Assembly (NCBI GenBank): GCA_964523995.1
Contig: CAZGBW010000001.1
Location: forward strand, 1 to 50,482
From: an uncultured Victivallales bacterium
GTDB taxonomy: Bacteria; Verrucomicrobiota; Kiritimatiellia; UBA8416
DNA length: 50,482 nt
Direction: 5' to 3'
A program made the translations under genes and the position numbers. Numbering within the stretch: position 1 is the stretch's first letter; the number at the start of each line of letters is the position of its first letter. Shown piece after piece: positions 42,496 to 50,482 of the stretch. Under the pieces are notes generated by a model. The model saw only the letters and a list, made by a program, of their open reading frames with translations, was not told where the DNA came from and made no database searches.

Positions 42496-43376
42496 CGGTG
42501 CCGGTTGACCGAAAACTGGGGTTCTGGGACCGCGTTCAGCAGGCCGATCCGCGTATACTTTACCTGCTGTTTGCCGTACTGATGATTGCCCTTGAGTTTC
42601 GGACGGTGTCGATTCCAACGCCTGTACCGGCCTATGTCCAGCGCCTGTATGACCATATCGAGAGCATGCCGGCTGACAAGATCGTGATCCTGGACAGTTC
42701 CATGGATGCCGGCTGGTTCGCTGAAGCCAGAGGCACGGTTGAAAGCGTCGTCCGTCACCTGTTCCGCCGGGGCATTCGTTTTGCCGTCTTTACCAATACA
42801 ACCTATTATCAAGGGCAGCAACTGGGACCGCAGATCATCAATCCCATTGCCCGCGAGATGGGCAAGACGTACGGTGTGGATTACTGTGTCTGGGGAGCGG
42901 TGGTGCTGGCACAAGGGGCCACGCTCCAGGCCGTGGCTCGTGATTTCGCGGGACAGGTCAAGGTGGACATGTTCGGCACGCCTCTGGCGGAAGTGCCGAT
43001 GATGCGCCAAGTCCGCGACATTCGCGATGTGGGCCTGGTCTACTCTGTCTGCTACGGGTGGGAAGGTATCCAATGGATCGGGTTTATCCAGGCGGTCTAC
43101 GGCACGCCTTATGCCGTGGGGACGTCGGCCATATCCTCGTCAACGGCATTCCCGTATATTGACTCGCATCAGATGATCGGGCTTCTGCCGGGGGCATCCG
43201 GCGCGGCGAGCTATGAACGGCTGCTCGATGAACCCGGCAGCGGGACCAGAATCGTGGCGGTACAGTCCTTGGCCACGCTGTATGTCGTGCTGGCCATCTT
43301 GCTGGGCAATGTGGCCATGGGACTCGCGCGGCTGCAAGCCGGGCGAACAGCACGCCGCGGGAAGGAGCGACTATGA
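42492..43376 (+). CDS. bitopic membrane protein with central soluble domain, unknown family
   Basis: ATGA overlap with the upstream stop. TM helices ILYLLFAVLMIALEF and LATLYVVLAILLGNVAMGLA. Basic C-terminus. Confidence 0.7.
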   Translation: MTVPVDRKLGFWDRVQQADPRILYLLFAVLMIALEFRTVSIPTPVPAYVQRLYDHIESMPADKIVILDSSMDAGWFAEARGTVESVVRHLFRRGIRFAVFTNTTYYQGQQLGPQIINPIAREMGKTYGVDYCVWGAVVLAQGATLQAVARDFAGQVKVDMFGTPLAEVPMMRQVRDIRDVGLVYSVCYGWEGIQWIGFIQAVYGTPYAVGTSAISSSTAFPYIDSHQMIGLLPGASGAASYERLLDEPGSGTRIVAVQSLATLYVVLAILLGNVAMGLARLQAGRTARRGKERL

Positions 43377-44200
43377 GTACGGCATGGAAGCAACGGGCAG
43401 TGGTGTTCGCCGGGATCGCGCTCTTTATCATGCTGGCCTGGAACGAGCACCGGATCGTCCGGATACTTCTCAGCGACGGGGTTCCGCTATCAACGGTGGC
43501 TTACCAGCGCGGCATCATATGGCTGGGTGCATTGGGCACGCTGGCCGTCTACTCGTTCCTGATCCGCTCGAATCCATTCTACCATCTCTTTGAACACGCG
43601 CTGCTTGGCTGTGCCACGGGGATGGGTATCGCGATCGCGCTACAGGATGCGCTTATCGCCAGATGGTGGCTGCCGATGACGGCTGGATTCCGTTTGCTCG
43701 CCAGCGAGGGCATGTCGCCGGAAGCCATGAACGGGGTCGTGCTGCTGATTCCAGGCGCGATCGGGTTGCTGTGGTATTTCCAGTTCTCGAAGCGCTTCTT
43801 CTGGATCAGCCGTATTCCCATGGTAATCGGTCTCGGGGCCGGGGCCGGATTGGCGTTCAAGGATATGTTCAACCGCATCCTTCCCCAGATCTCCGGAACG
43901 CTCAAGACCCTTTGGCCGCGGGAGGCCGTGCTTCCCGGTGCCGGTAACTGGGCGCGTGCCGCCGTGGGCGCTGAGAACCTGATCTTTGTCGTCGGGACCC
44001 TGAGTGTCCTGGCCTACTTCTTCTTCGCGTTTGGCCGCAACACGGTCGCGGTACGGGCACCGGCCCGCCTAGGGCGTTGGTATCTGATGCTCTCGCTCGG
44101 TGCCTTCTTCGGAAACACCTTCATGTCACGCCTGAGTGCGCTGATCGAACGTGTGCATTTTCTCTGTTCCGAATGGTTGCGATGGAGTGCTTTATGGTAA
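43373..44200 (+). CDS. polytopic (~7 TM) membrane protein, unknown family
   Basis: ATGA overlap with the upstream stop. Hydrophobic helices throughout (VVFAGIALFIMLAW, IIWLGALGTLAVYSFLI, VVLLIPGAIGLLWYF, LIFVVGTLSVLAYFFFAF and others). Confidence 0.7.
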   Translation: MSTAWKQRAVVFAGIALFIMLAWNEHRIVRILLSDGVPLSTVAYQRGIIWLGALGTLAVYSFLIRSNPFYHLFEHALLGCATGMGIAIALQDALIARWWLPMTAGFRLLASEGMSPEAMNGVVLLIPGAIGLLWYFQFSKRFFWISRIPMVIGLGAGAGLAFKDMFNRILPQISGTLKTLWPREAVLPGAGNWARAAVGAENLIFVVGTLSVLAYFFFAFGRNTVAVRAPARLGRWYLMLSLGAFFGNTFMSRLSALIERVHFLCSEWLRWSALW

Positions 44201-44484
44201 AGACATGCTTGTCGAACGAGGAACGGACGGCCTTGGTTGAGCGCATTGCGGGCTGGTCGCTGCGCCTGGGCATCGCCCCGATGGTCGTGTTCCTGGTCGA
44301 GTGCAACCGGCCGCTCGCGCCGCTCACCGCAAACATGCTGATCGGCGCGGGTTCCCTTGCGGAAACATTACTGCCGTTGCCGCTGCGCGACCTGGGGCTA
44401 CTGCTGCTGGATGACGACGTTGCAGCCGCCTTGCGAAAGCGCATCGACACGATCACCGCCACGGAGGAGCAACTTGCATCATGA
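44194..44484 (+). CDS. small (96 aa) hydrophobic protein, unknown family
   Basis: ATG 44194 overlaps the upstream stop (ATGGTAA). It ends in an ATGA overlap with the next gene. One or two hydrophobic segments (LGIAPMVVFLV, LTANMLIGAGSLAETLL). Confidence 0.5.
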   Translation: MVKTCLSNEERTALVERIAGWSLRLGIAPMVVFLVECNRPLAPLTANMLIGAGSLAETLLPLPLRDLGLLLLDDDVAAALRKRIDTITATEEQLAS

Positions 44485-46298
44485 TCGGTGAACAACCCTA
44501 TATGCCCGGAAAAACACCTTGCGTGCTGCTTGCCACCGACTGCGGATCAACCACCACCAAAGCCATTCTCGTTGTACGGGAACCAGACGGTACGTACCGC
44601 CTCGCTGCCCGCGGCGAAGCGCCGACCACCGTTGAGGCGCCCTTCGATGATGTCACCGTGGGCGTTTATAATGCCATGGAGGAGATCGAGGTGATCACCG
44701 GCCGCCGCCTGCAGCGGGACGGGAAACTTATCTGCCCGATGGAAGGGAACGATGGGGTCGATGCCTATTTCTCAACCTCCAGCGCCGGCGGCGGACTGCA
44801 AATGGCCGTGACTGGCGTCATTTCGAGTATCACGGCGCAGAGCGCCCAGCGCGCCGCGCTCGGGGCCGGGGCGATTGTGATCGATACGCTGACGATCGAT
44901 GATGACCGGCCGCAGCACGTCCAGATCGATGCCTTGCGGAAACTTCGGCCGGATATGATCCTGATGGCCGGTGGGGTTGACGGTGGCACGTGCCGGCATG
45001 TGGAAATGCTGGCGGAACTCATCCGTGGTGCCCGCCCGCAGCCGCGATTTGGACAGAACTTCGCCCTTCCCGTGATCTTCGCCGGCAATCGTGAGGCACG
45101 CGCCATCGCGGGTGAGATGCTCGATACGGTGGCCGCGATGCGCTATGTCGACAACGTGCGCCCCGGGATTGCGCGCGAGAACCTGGGCGAGGCCCGCCAG
45201 GCCATTCACGAACTGTTCCTCGAACACGTCATGCAGCAGGCTCCGGGATACAACAAACTCATGGCCATGACCTCCGCTGATATCATGCCGACGCCAAATG
45301 CCGTAGGGTTGATTGTCAAGGACGTGGCCCGCGCACGCGACCTGAATGTGCTAGCCGTCGATATAGGCGGCGCGACAACCGACGTGTTCAGCGTCTTCGA
45401 TGGGCAGTTTCACCGAACTGTGAGCGCAAACTATGGAATGAGTTACAGCCTGTGCAATGTCATGTCGGAGGCCGGAACCGCGAACATTCTGCGGTGGCTT
45501 CCTTTCCCGTTCCCCGAATCCCTTTTGCGTGATATCCTGCGGAATAAAATGGTCCGGCCGACCACTATTCCGGAAACCCTTGAGGAGCTCCATGTTGAAC
45601 AGGCGGCCGCCCGCGAAGCCCTGCGCCTCTCGCTGGAGCATCACCGCTCCCTGGCTGTCCACCTCCAAGGCGGCGGGACCGGTAAAAGCATCTCGCATCT
45701 GTTCAAGGCCGATGAAGAGACTCTCGTGGACATGATGGCTCTTGATCTCTGTATCGGGTCGGGCGGCGTACTCAGCCACGCGCCGGACCGCGCGCAGGCA
45801 TTTCTGATCATGCTTGACGCATTCGGACTTGAAGGGGTGACCCAGTTGGCCGTGGACAGTATTTTCATGATGCCGCAGCTCGGTGTCATGGGACAATTGG
45901 TTCCCGAGGCGGCACGCGAGGTGTTTGAGAAAGACTGCCTTCTGCCGCTCGGCACAGCCATCGTACCCGTCGGGATCACGAAACACGGGCGACACGTCAT
46001 GTCCGTGGCCGTCACCGGCAGTGATGACCGCATTGAAACGCATACTATCACATCTGGAGAACTGCGACGGCTGCCCCTGGCTGTCGGTGTGAAAGCATGG
46101 GTGCGGATCAATCCGTCTCGGCATTTTGATGTCGGAGCGGGCCGTGGTAAAGTTCTTGAAACCGAGGTGCATGGCGGTTTGGTGGGCCTTGTCCTGGATG
46201 GGCGGGGACGCCCCCTGGTATTCGCAGAGGATGCAGGCGTCAACGCCGGACGGCGCCGCCGGGATTACGAGGCGATGAACCTGAACCTGGAGGCATAG
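44481..46298 (+). CDS. GlmL/MutL-family (glutamate mutase L-like) ASKHA-fold protein
   Basis: 605 aa. Motifs LATDCGSTTTKAIL, SSAGGGLQM, MAGGVDGGT and LAVDIGGATTDVFS, the actin/Hsp70/sugar-kinase fold signatures in GlmL-like order. No signal peptide or TM helix. Confidence 0.8.
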   Translation: MIGEQPYMPGKTPCVLLATDCGSTTTKAILVVREPDGTYRLAARGEAPTTVEAPFDDVTVGVYNAMEEIEVITGRRLQRDGKLICPMEGNDGVDAYFSTSSAGGGLQMAVTGVISSITAQSAQRAALGAGAIVIDTLTIDDDRPQHVQIDALRKLRPDMILMAGGVDGGTCRHVEMLAELIRGARPQPRFGQNFALPVIFAGNREARAIAGEMLDTVAAMRYVDNVRPGIARENLGEARQAIHELFLEHVMQQAPGYNKLMAMTSADIMPTPNAVGLIVKDVARARDLNVLAVDIGGATTDVFSVFDGQFHRTVSANYGMSYSLCNVMSEAGTANILRWLPFPFPESLLRDILRNKMVRPTTIPETLEELHVEQAAAREALRLSLEHHRSLAVHLQGGGTGKSISHLFKADEETLVDMMALDLCIGSGGVLSHAPDRAQAFLIMLDAFGLEGVTQLAVDSIFMMPQLGVMGQLVPEAAREVFEKDCLLPLGTAIVPVGITKHGRHVMSVAVTGSDDRIETHTITSGELRRLPLAVGVKAWVRINPSRHFDVGAGRGKVLETEVHGGLVGLVLDGRGRPLVFAEDAGVNAGRRRRDYEAMNLNLEA

Positions 46299-46301
46299 CG
46301 C

Positions 46302-47417
46302 ATGGGAACAGCATTCACCCCCGGTTTGACGATTACGGAACAGGCGACCATCCGAAAAACTCGTCGCTTGCCGGTTCGCGGCGAGGTGCTGGTTGGTGCG
46401 GGTGCACGGGTCTCTTCGGATACGGTCGTGGCGCGCGTTGACATTCCCGGTCCGCTGGCAGTTGCAAAAGCCGCGCAGAAACTGGGCTGCGCACCTGAAC
46501 AACTGCATAGGCACTGCACGGTCAAGGAAGGCTCGCATGTTGATCGCGACCAGGTGATTGCGCAACGTTCCGTATTTTTCGGGCTCATTACGAATCGTTG
46601 CCACAGTCCGCGATCGGGGACCGTCGAGTACGTATCGCAATTATCGGGCAATATAGGTATCCGGGCTGCTCCTCGCCCCGTGACCTGTGCCGCCTATATC
46701 AGTGGTATCGTGACAGAGGTCCTGCCCGGTGAAGGGGTTATTATCGAAACCAACGGTGCTTATGTGCAAGGCATATTCGGCGTGGGTGGTGAGCGCCACG
46801 GGAGGCTGTGCTGGATCGGCAACGGACGGGACACCTTGCGCGGTGACGATATAAAGCCACAACAGGCGGGCACGATCCTGATGCATGCAGGTCGCATTGA
46901 CGCGACGGCCTTGCCCGCCGCGGTCGAGCACAATATCCTTGGCATCGTCGGAGCCAGCATGGTCGATTCGGAACTCATGGATTTCCTCGGATTTAATATC
47001 GGAGTTGCGATCACCGGCGAGGAGGCTATTCCGTTTTCGCTTATCCTGACAGAAGGCTTCGGGCAAATGTCCATGCCGACGCGCACGGAAGAATTGCTGA
47101 CCTCACTCGACGGCATGGATGCCGCCATCAATGGGGCTACGCAGATCCGGGCCGGCGTCATCCGCCCGGAGATCATCGTACCCCGCGCCGGTCTTCCGGG
47201 GAAAACAGTGGTATTCGGATGCCCGTTGGAAGTCGGTGTAAGGGTACGACTTATACGCCGTCCTGGATTCGGGCGGGCGGGCACGGTAACGTCCCTGCCT
47301 GAGAAGCCGATGATCATTGCGTCTGGCTCGAATGTGCGGGTCCTAAAGATTACCCTTGACGACGGCATGGAAGTAATCGTGCCCCGATCCAACGTGGAAA
47401 TTCTCAGTACCCCTTGA
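46302..47417 (+). CDS. soluble protein with barrel-sandwich-hybrid-like N-terminal half and KOW-like C-terminus (tentative), unknown family
   Basis: 371 aa. GGAGG lies 8 nt upstream and the start is 3 nt after the upstream stop. GEVLVGAGARVSSDTVVARVD and VKEGSHVDRDQVIAQ resemble lipoyl/hybrid-barrel hairpins. C-terminal VRLIRRPGFGRAGTVTSL is KOW-like. Confidence 0.65.
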   Translation: MGTAFTPGLTITEQATIRKTRRLPVRGEVLVGAGARVSSDTVVARVDIPGPLAVAKAAQKLGCAPEQLHRHCTVKEGSHVDRDQVIAQRSVFFGLITNRCHSPRSGTVEYVSQLSGNIGIRAAPRPVTCAAYISGIVTEVLPGEGVIIETNGAYVQGIFGVGGERHGRLCWIGNGRDTLRGDDIKPQQAGTILMHAGRIDATALPAAVEHNILGIVGASMVDSELMDFLGFNIGVAITGEEAIPFSLILTEGFGQMSMPTRTEELLTSLDGMDAAINGATQIRAGVIRPEIIVPRAGLPGKTVVFGCPLEVGVRVRLIRRPGFGRAGTVTSLPEKPMIIASGSNVRVLKITLDDGMEVIVPRSNVEILSTP

Positions 47418-47506
47418 TCAGTCACCCGGTTTCGCTAGTGTATTGCGCCTGACCGGTGTTGCTGAACATTTCCATGGACGCTTCCCCGATCATGCTTACA
47501 GCCGGG

Positions 47507-48373
47507 CTATGAGTGATCCTTGCGGTAGCGTGTAGGGCATTTGCCGTAAAGGGACTTGAAGTTGCGGCAAAACCGCTGAAGATCGTTGAAGCCGAGAGAC
47601 AGGCTGATCTCCGTTACGGACATACGGGTGGTCGTGAGCAGGCGGCTTGCTTTGCTGAGCTTCAGTTGCGAGAGGTACTGATAGGCGCGCAGATCGTCGA
47701 ATTCCTCGAAGAGCCTGCACAGATAGGGAATCGAGAGGTTGCAGGCGTCGGCCACCTCGCCAAGCTCATTGATACGCTCGTAATGCTCCTCGATGAACTT
47801 CTTGCAGGTCCAGAATGACTGCCTCGACTTCTTTCTGGACTTGAGTGATGAGGTCATGTGGGTGTCGATACGGCGCATAAGTATCATAGCGAGATCAACG
47901 CAGTTCTCCTTGCGGTAATCGCTGGAATGCATGCCCTCTTGCATGAGTTCTTCCATGATGCGCGCAACCTGTTCGGGGTGCGACAGTGTGGTGATACCCG
48001 ATCGGGAATGGAGGTGTCGGTCAAGTAAGAGCCCGACATCCCGTCCAAATATGGCTATGACATAGTCTACAAGCGGCGCCTCGCCGCGAAGATCCAGAAT
48101 GGAATGAACCTTTGAATCTGTCCAGAACACCATCCCTGGCTTCACAATATGCCGGACTCCGTCGACTTGGAATGCACCGCGTCCTCTTACGCAGTATTTG
48201 ATATAAGCGACGGGAGAGCCCTTGTGCTCGATCCTAGGTTGCGAGGGTAATATAACCTCCCGACCCACCCAGCGCACTGCCAATTGCGGATGCGTGAGGC
48301 CAAGTGTTACGTCAAACTCGAAGTCTTGATCCTGGCTCGGATCAAAGCGCAGGAAACTTTTGGCTTCATTCAT
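47507..48373 (-). CDS. AraC family transcriptional regulator (cupin-like sensor + HTH)
   Basis: C-terminal ELGEVADACNLSIPYLCRLFEE..MSVTEISLSLGFNDLQRFCRNFKSLYGKCPTRYR is the double-HTH AraC signature. Convergent with the seven-gene operon. Confidence 0.9.
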   Translation of the reverse strand: MNEAKSFLRFDPSQDQDFEFDVTLGLTHPQLAVRWVGREVILPSQPRIEHKGSPVAYIKYCVRGRGAFQVDGVRHIVKPGMVFWTDSKVHSILDLRGEAPLVDYVIAIFGRDVGLLLDRHLHSRSGITTLSHPEQVARIMEELMQEGMHSSDYRKENCVDLAMILMRRIDTHMTSSLKSRKKSRQSFWTCKKFIEEHYERINELGEVADACNLSIPYLCRLFEEFDDLRAYQYLSQLKLSKASRLLTTTRMSVTEISLSLGFNDLQRFCRNFKSLYGKCPTRYRKDHS

Positions 48374-48476
48374 GGTTATAGCTCTGCATCATGTTTTTTG
48401 GCATGTTTGAAAAGTAGCATTGTGCATATAGGTCGTCAAGCGTGCAGCAAGTTCTCATTCAGGCGAGATTGGGTGA

Positions 48477-48680
48477 TTAATAATCAACGCGCGGGCGGAG
48501 ACGCTTCGGGATAAGCCGACGTTTACCCGGTTACTGGCGAATAGACGCTGTCTCATAGTCGCCGACGGCTTCTACGAGTGGCGAGCGGGAGTTGGCCCAG
48601 CTCGCAATCGGTCGAAGGTGACCATCGTCAATGCGGCTAACGAGAGTCTTCCGGGAGGCGGCGGGGTTGCACGGCATTAG
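48477..48680 (+). pseudogene. internal fragment of an SRAP (SOS response-associated peptidase, YedK-like) gene
   Basis: Translation IINARAETLRDKPTFTRLLANRRCLIVADGFYEW matches the conserved mid-region of SRAP proteins. The N-terminal Cys2 region is absent (TGA at 48474-48476) and the C-terminal part is unrelated. Confidence 0.6.
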
Positions 48681-48692
48681 CCCCCGCCAGGT

Positions 48693-48726
48693 AAAAAAAG
48701 CACGCCGCCTTGGTAGGCGGGCGTGC
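48693..48726 (-). terminator. intrinsic terminator (GC hairpin + U7) on the minus strand
   Basis: The minus strand reads GCACGCCCGCC-TACCAA-GGCGGCGTGC followed by TTTTTTT. It sits just downstream of a TGA (48735-48737) that closes a TM-like reading frame. Confidence 0.6.
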
Positions 48727-49246
48727 CGGTGGTGTCACCGTGCCGTGATCGCCGTCGCCAGGCGGAAGACTGCGTAGAAGAGCAGGCAACCCAGCGCGGT
48801 GCCGGGGGCGAGCACGATTCCTATGCCAGCGGCCCATACCGCCAGTGCGATTGCATCGTCGCATAACCCCCGCCGCCTTCATCGCCTGGACCTGCGAGCG
48901 CGATATCGATTCGGACTCTCCACCAGCCTCCCCTCGCACTTGTGTGCCGGCAGCTATAGACTCCATATCGGCATGCTGGTAGCCGTGGATGAACAGGGCC
49001 GGGCGTACACGCCCGATGGTGTCGCCGAAGGCGGCAAAGTCGTTGTGAATCCCATCGAGCTGGTCATGCAGCCCGCGAGGCGCGTTGCGTAAACAGGACA
49101 GCGCCGTACTCGACGGTGGCCTCCTGGCGAAGCTAAATGGAAGAACCATTCTCGAAAATGTGGTTGCTTATGGTTGTCTAACTCGACCAACCACAGTGCG
49201 ATTTTGAACTAACTGTTAAAATCAGGTAGTAACACCCGCAGAAAGG

Positions 49247-49282
49247 AAAAAGGCCATATTCCTAAGGAAATACGGCCTTTTT
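49247..49282 (-). terminator. hairpin flanked by A5/T5 (bidirectional terminator-like) downstream of tRNA-Arg
   Basis: AAAAA-GGCCATATT-loop-AAATACGGCC-TTTTT, with one mismatch in the stem, 14 nt from the tRNA 3' end. Confidence 0.5.
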
Positions 49283-49295
49283 ATGGGGTTTTTAG

Positions 49296-49372
49296 TGGTG
49301 CACCTGGCGAGGATCGAACTCACAACCTTCGGCTTCGGAGGCCGACGCTCTATCCAATTGAGCTACAGGTGC
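49296..49372 (-). tRNA. tRNA-Arg (anticodon CCG), CCA encoded
   Basis: The minus strand reads GCACCTG-TA-GCTC-AATTGGATA-GAGC-G-TCGGC-CTCCGAA-GCCGA-AGGTT-GTGAG-TTCGATC-CTCGC-CAGGTGC-A-CCA. Full cloverleaf, 77 nt. Confidence 0.9.
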
Positions 49373-49393
49373 ATATCCGGGAACGCACGGCGT

Positions 49394-50470
49394 CTAGCCG
49401 TTACGCTTTTCGAAGTCTCGCATAAATCCGACCAGCGCGTCAACACCTTCCACGGGAAACGCGTTATAAATCGAGGCGCGAACCCCACCCACCGAACGGT
49501 GGCCTTTAAGCCCGCTGAACCCGGTCTTCTCGGCCTCCTTGATGAATTTCTCCTCCAGTTCTTCACTGGGCAGCCGCCACGTCACATTCATATCACTGCG
49601 GAATTCCTTGACCGCCGTGCCCTTGTAGAATCCGCTGGCGTCAATCGCCTTGTACAGTCGCGCGGCCTTGTCGACATTGCGGGCATAGAGCGTGTCCAGG
49701 CCCGTCTTCCTGATCCAGCGGGTGACGAGCATGTACATGTAGATCGTGAAGCAGGGGCATGTGTTGTACATGGAGTCTTCGGCGATGTGCGTGCTGTATT
49801 TGAACATCGTCGGCACCGTCGCCGGTACGCGCGCGGCCAGATCCTTGCGCATGATCACCAGCGCCATCCCCGCCGGGGCCAGGTTCTTCTGGGCACCCGC
49901 ATAGATCAGGCCGAACTGCCTGGGGTCGAACGGGCGCGAAAGCATGTCGCTGGACATATCGGCCACCAGCGGGGCGTCCGTCTTCGGGAACGTTTTCCAC
50001 TGGGCTCCGGAAATCGTCTCGTTGGAGGTGATGTGGACATAGGCCGCGCCGGGTGTCAATTTCAGTTCCGCCTCGCGCGGTACGCGGGTCGGGATCTCCT
50101 TGCCGCAATCGGCGGCGACGTTGACCTTGCCGATGAGCTTGGCTTCCTTGATGGCCTTGTTGGCCCAGGTTCCGCTATCGGTATAGTCGGCGACCTGTCC
50201 CGCGCCGAGCAGGTTCATCGGCACCATGGCGAACTGCATGCTCGCGCCGCCCTGCAGGAAGAGCACGGCATAGTCGTCGCCGAGGCCGAGCAGCTCCTTG
50301 GTATTGGCAATGGCTTCCGCATGCACGGCCATATAGGCTTTGCCGCGGTGGCTGTGCTCCATGATGGACATGCCGGTGCCCTTGAAATCAACCAGCTCGC
50401 GCTGCGCCTCTTCCAAAACCTCCAGCGGAAGAACCGCCGGACCCGCGCTGAAATTGTAGATTCTGCTCAT
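49394..50470 (-). CDS. serC: 3-phosphoserine/phosphohydroxythreonine aminotransferase
   Basis: MSRIYNFSAGPAVLPLEVLEEAQRELVDFKGTGMSIMEHSHRGK.. is the canonical SerC N-terminus. 358 aa. AGGAGA RBS 5 nt upstream. Confidence 0.95.
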   Translation of the reverse strand: MSRIYNFSAGPAVLPLEVLEEAQRELVDFKGTGMSIMEHSHRGKAYMAVHAEAIANTKELLGLGDDYAVLFLQGGASMQFAMVPMNLLGAGQVADYTDSGTWANKAIKEAKLIGKVNVAADCGKEIPTRVPREAELKLTPGAAYVHITSNETISGAQWKTFPKTDAPLVADMSSDMLSRPFDPRQFGLIYAGAQKNLAPAGMALVIMRKDLAARVPATVPTMFKYSTHIAEDSMYNTCPCFTIYMYMLVTRWIRKTGLDTLYARNVDKAARLYKAIDASGFYKGTAVKEFRSDMNVTWRLPSEELEEKFIKEAEKTGFSGLKGHRSVGGVRASIYNAFPVEGVDALVGFMRDFEKRNG

Positions 50471-50482
50471 CGTATTCTCCTG

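Noticed and set aside
47424-47459. Imperfect hairpin between the convergent operon end and the AraC gene as a terminator
   Set aside because: The stem is interrupted (CACCCGGT versus GACCGGTG) and no T-run follows on either strand. It is too weak to annotate.
48637-49149. 170-aa minus-strand ORF between the AraC gene and the tRNA
   Set aside because: It reads through a strong intrinsic terminator hairpin (48693-48726). Its C-terminal half is Arg/Pro-rich, there is no RBS or family motif, and the region looks like gene debris.
49160-49194. 7-bp stem (GTGGTTG...CAACCAC) with a 21-nt loop upstream of the tRNA terminator
   Set aside because: The stem is short and the loop large, there is no flanking U-run and no conservation information. 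This is not enough to call an RNA element.

Overview
GC-rich bacterial chromosomal window (50,482 bp), mostly a glycan-utilisation neighbourhood plus one orphan membrane-protein operon. All calls come from reading the sequence and motifs by eye; no searches were run.

Layout, left to right:
- 1-760: a small DUF6788-like gene beside AT-rich repeat debris.
- 912-2801 (-): a secreted metzincin-like peptidase with a discoidin domain.
- 3171-19373 (+): an operon-like array. It holds a secreted GH20 with autotransporter-associated beta-strand repeats, a GH32-like gene, an SBP-permease fusion, a second permease with a giant loop, a GH32, a GH20, a Gfo/Idh/MocA oxidoreductase and a 672-aa orphan.
- 19442-25754 (-): a DNRLRE/CBM96-like + FN3 surface-protein gene present as a near-exact 2,455-bp tandem duplication. 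An in-frame TAG separates it from an Ig-like/lectin-like tail, and a frameshifted paralogue lies upstream.
- 26040-31929 (-): two SGNH esterases and a third GH20.
- 32193-39700 (-): a signal-peptide-free operon of GH89, a GH63/37-like hydrolase, a GH65-beta-phosphoglucomutase fusion and a URO-D-like gene.
- 40121-47417 (+): seven translationally coupled genes, mostly unclassifiable membrane proteins, with a GlmL/MutL-type ASKHA protein. An AraC regulator converges on it.
- Right edge: gene remnants (including an SRAP fragment), tRNA-Arg(CCG) and serC.

The domain repertoire suggests a PVC-group organism (Verrucomicrobiota, Lentisphaerota or Kiritimatiellota); this is inference only. No rRNA, CRISPR array, intact transposase or integrase was seen.

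The best candidate for an undescribed system is the 40.1-47.4 kb operon. The second is the duplicated, TAG-interrupted surface-protein locus.
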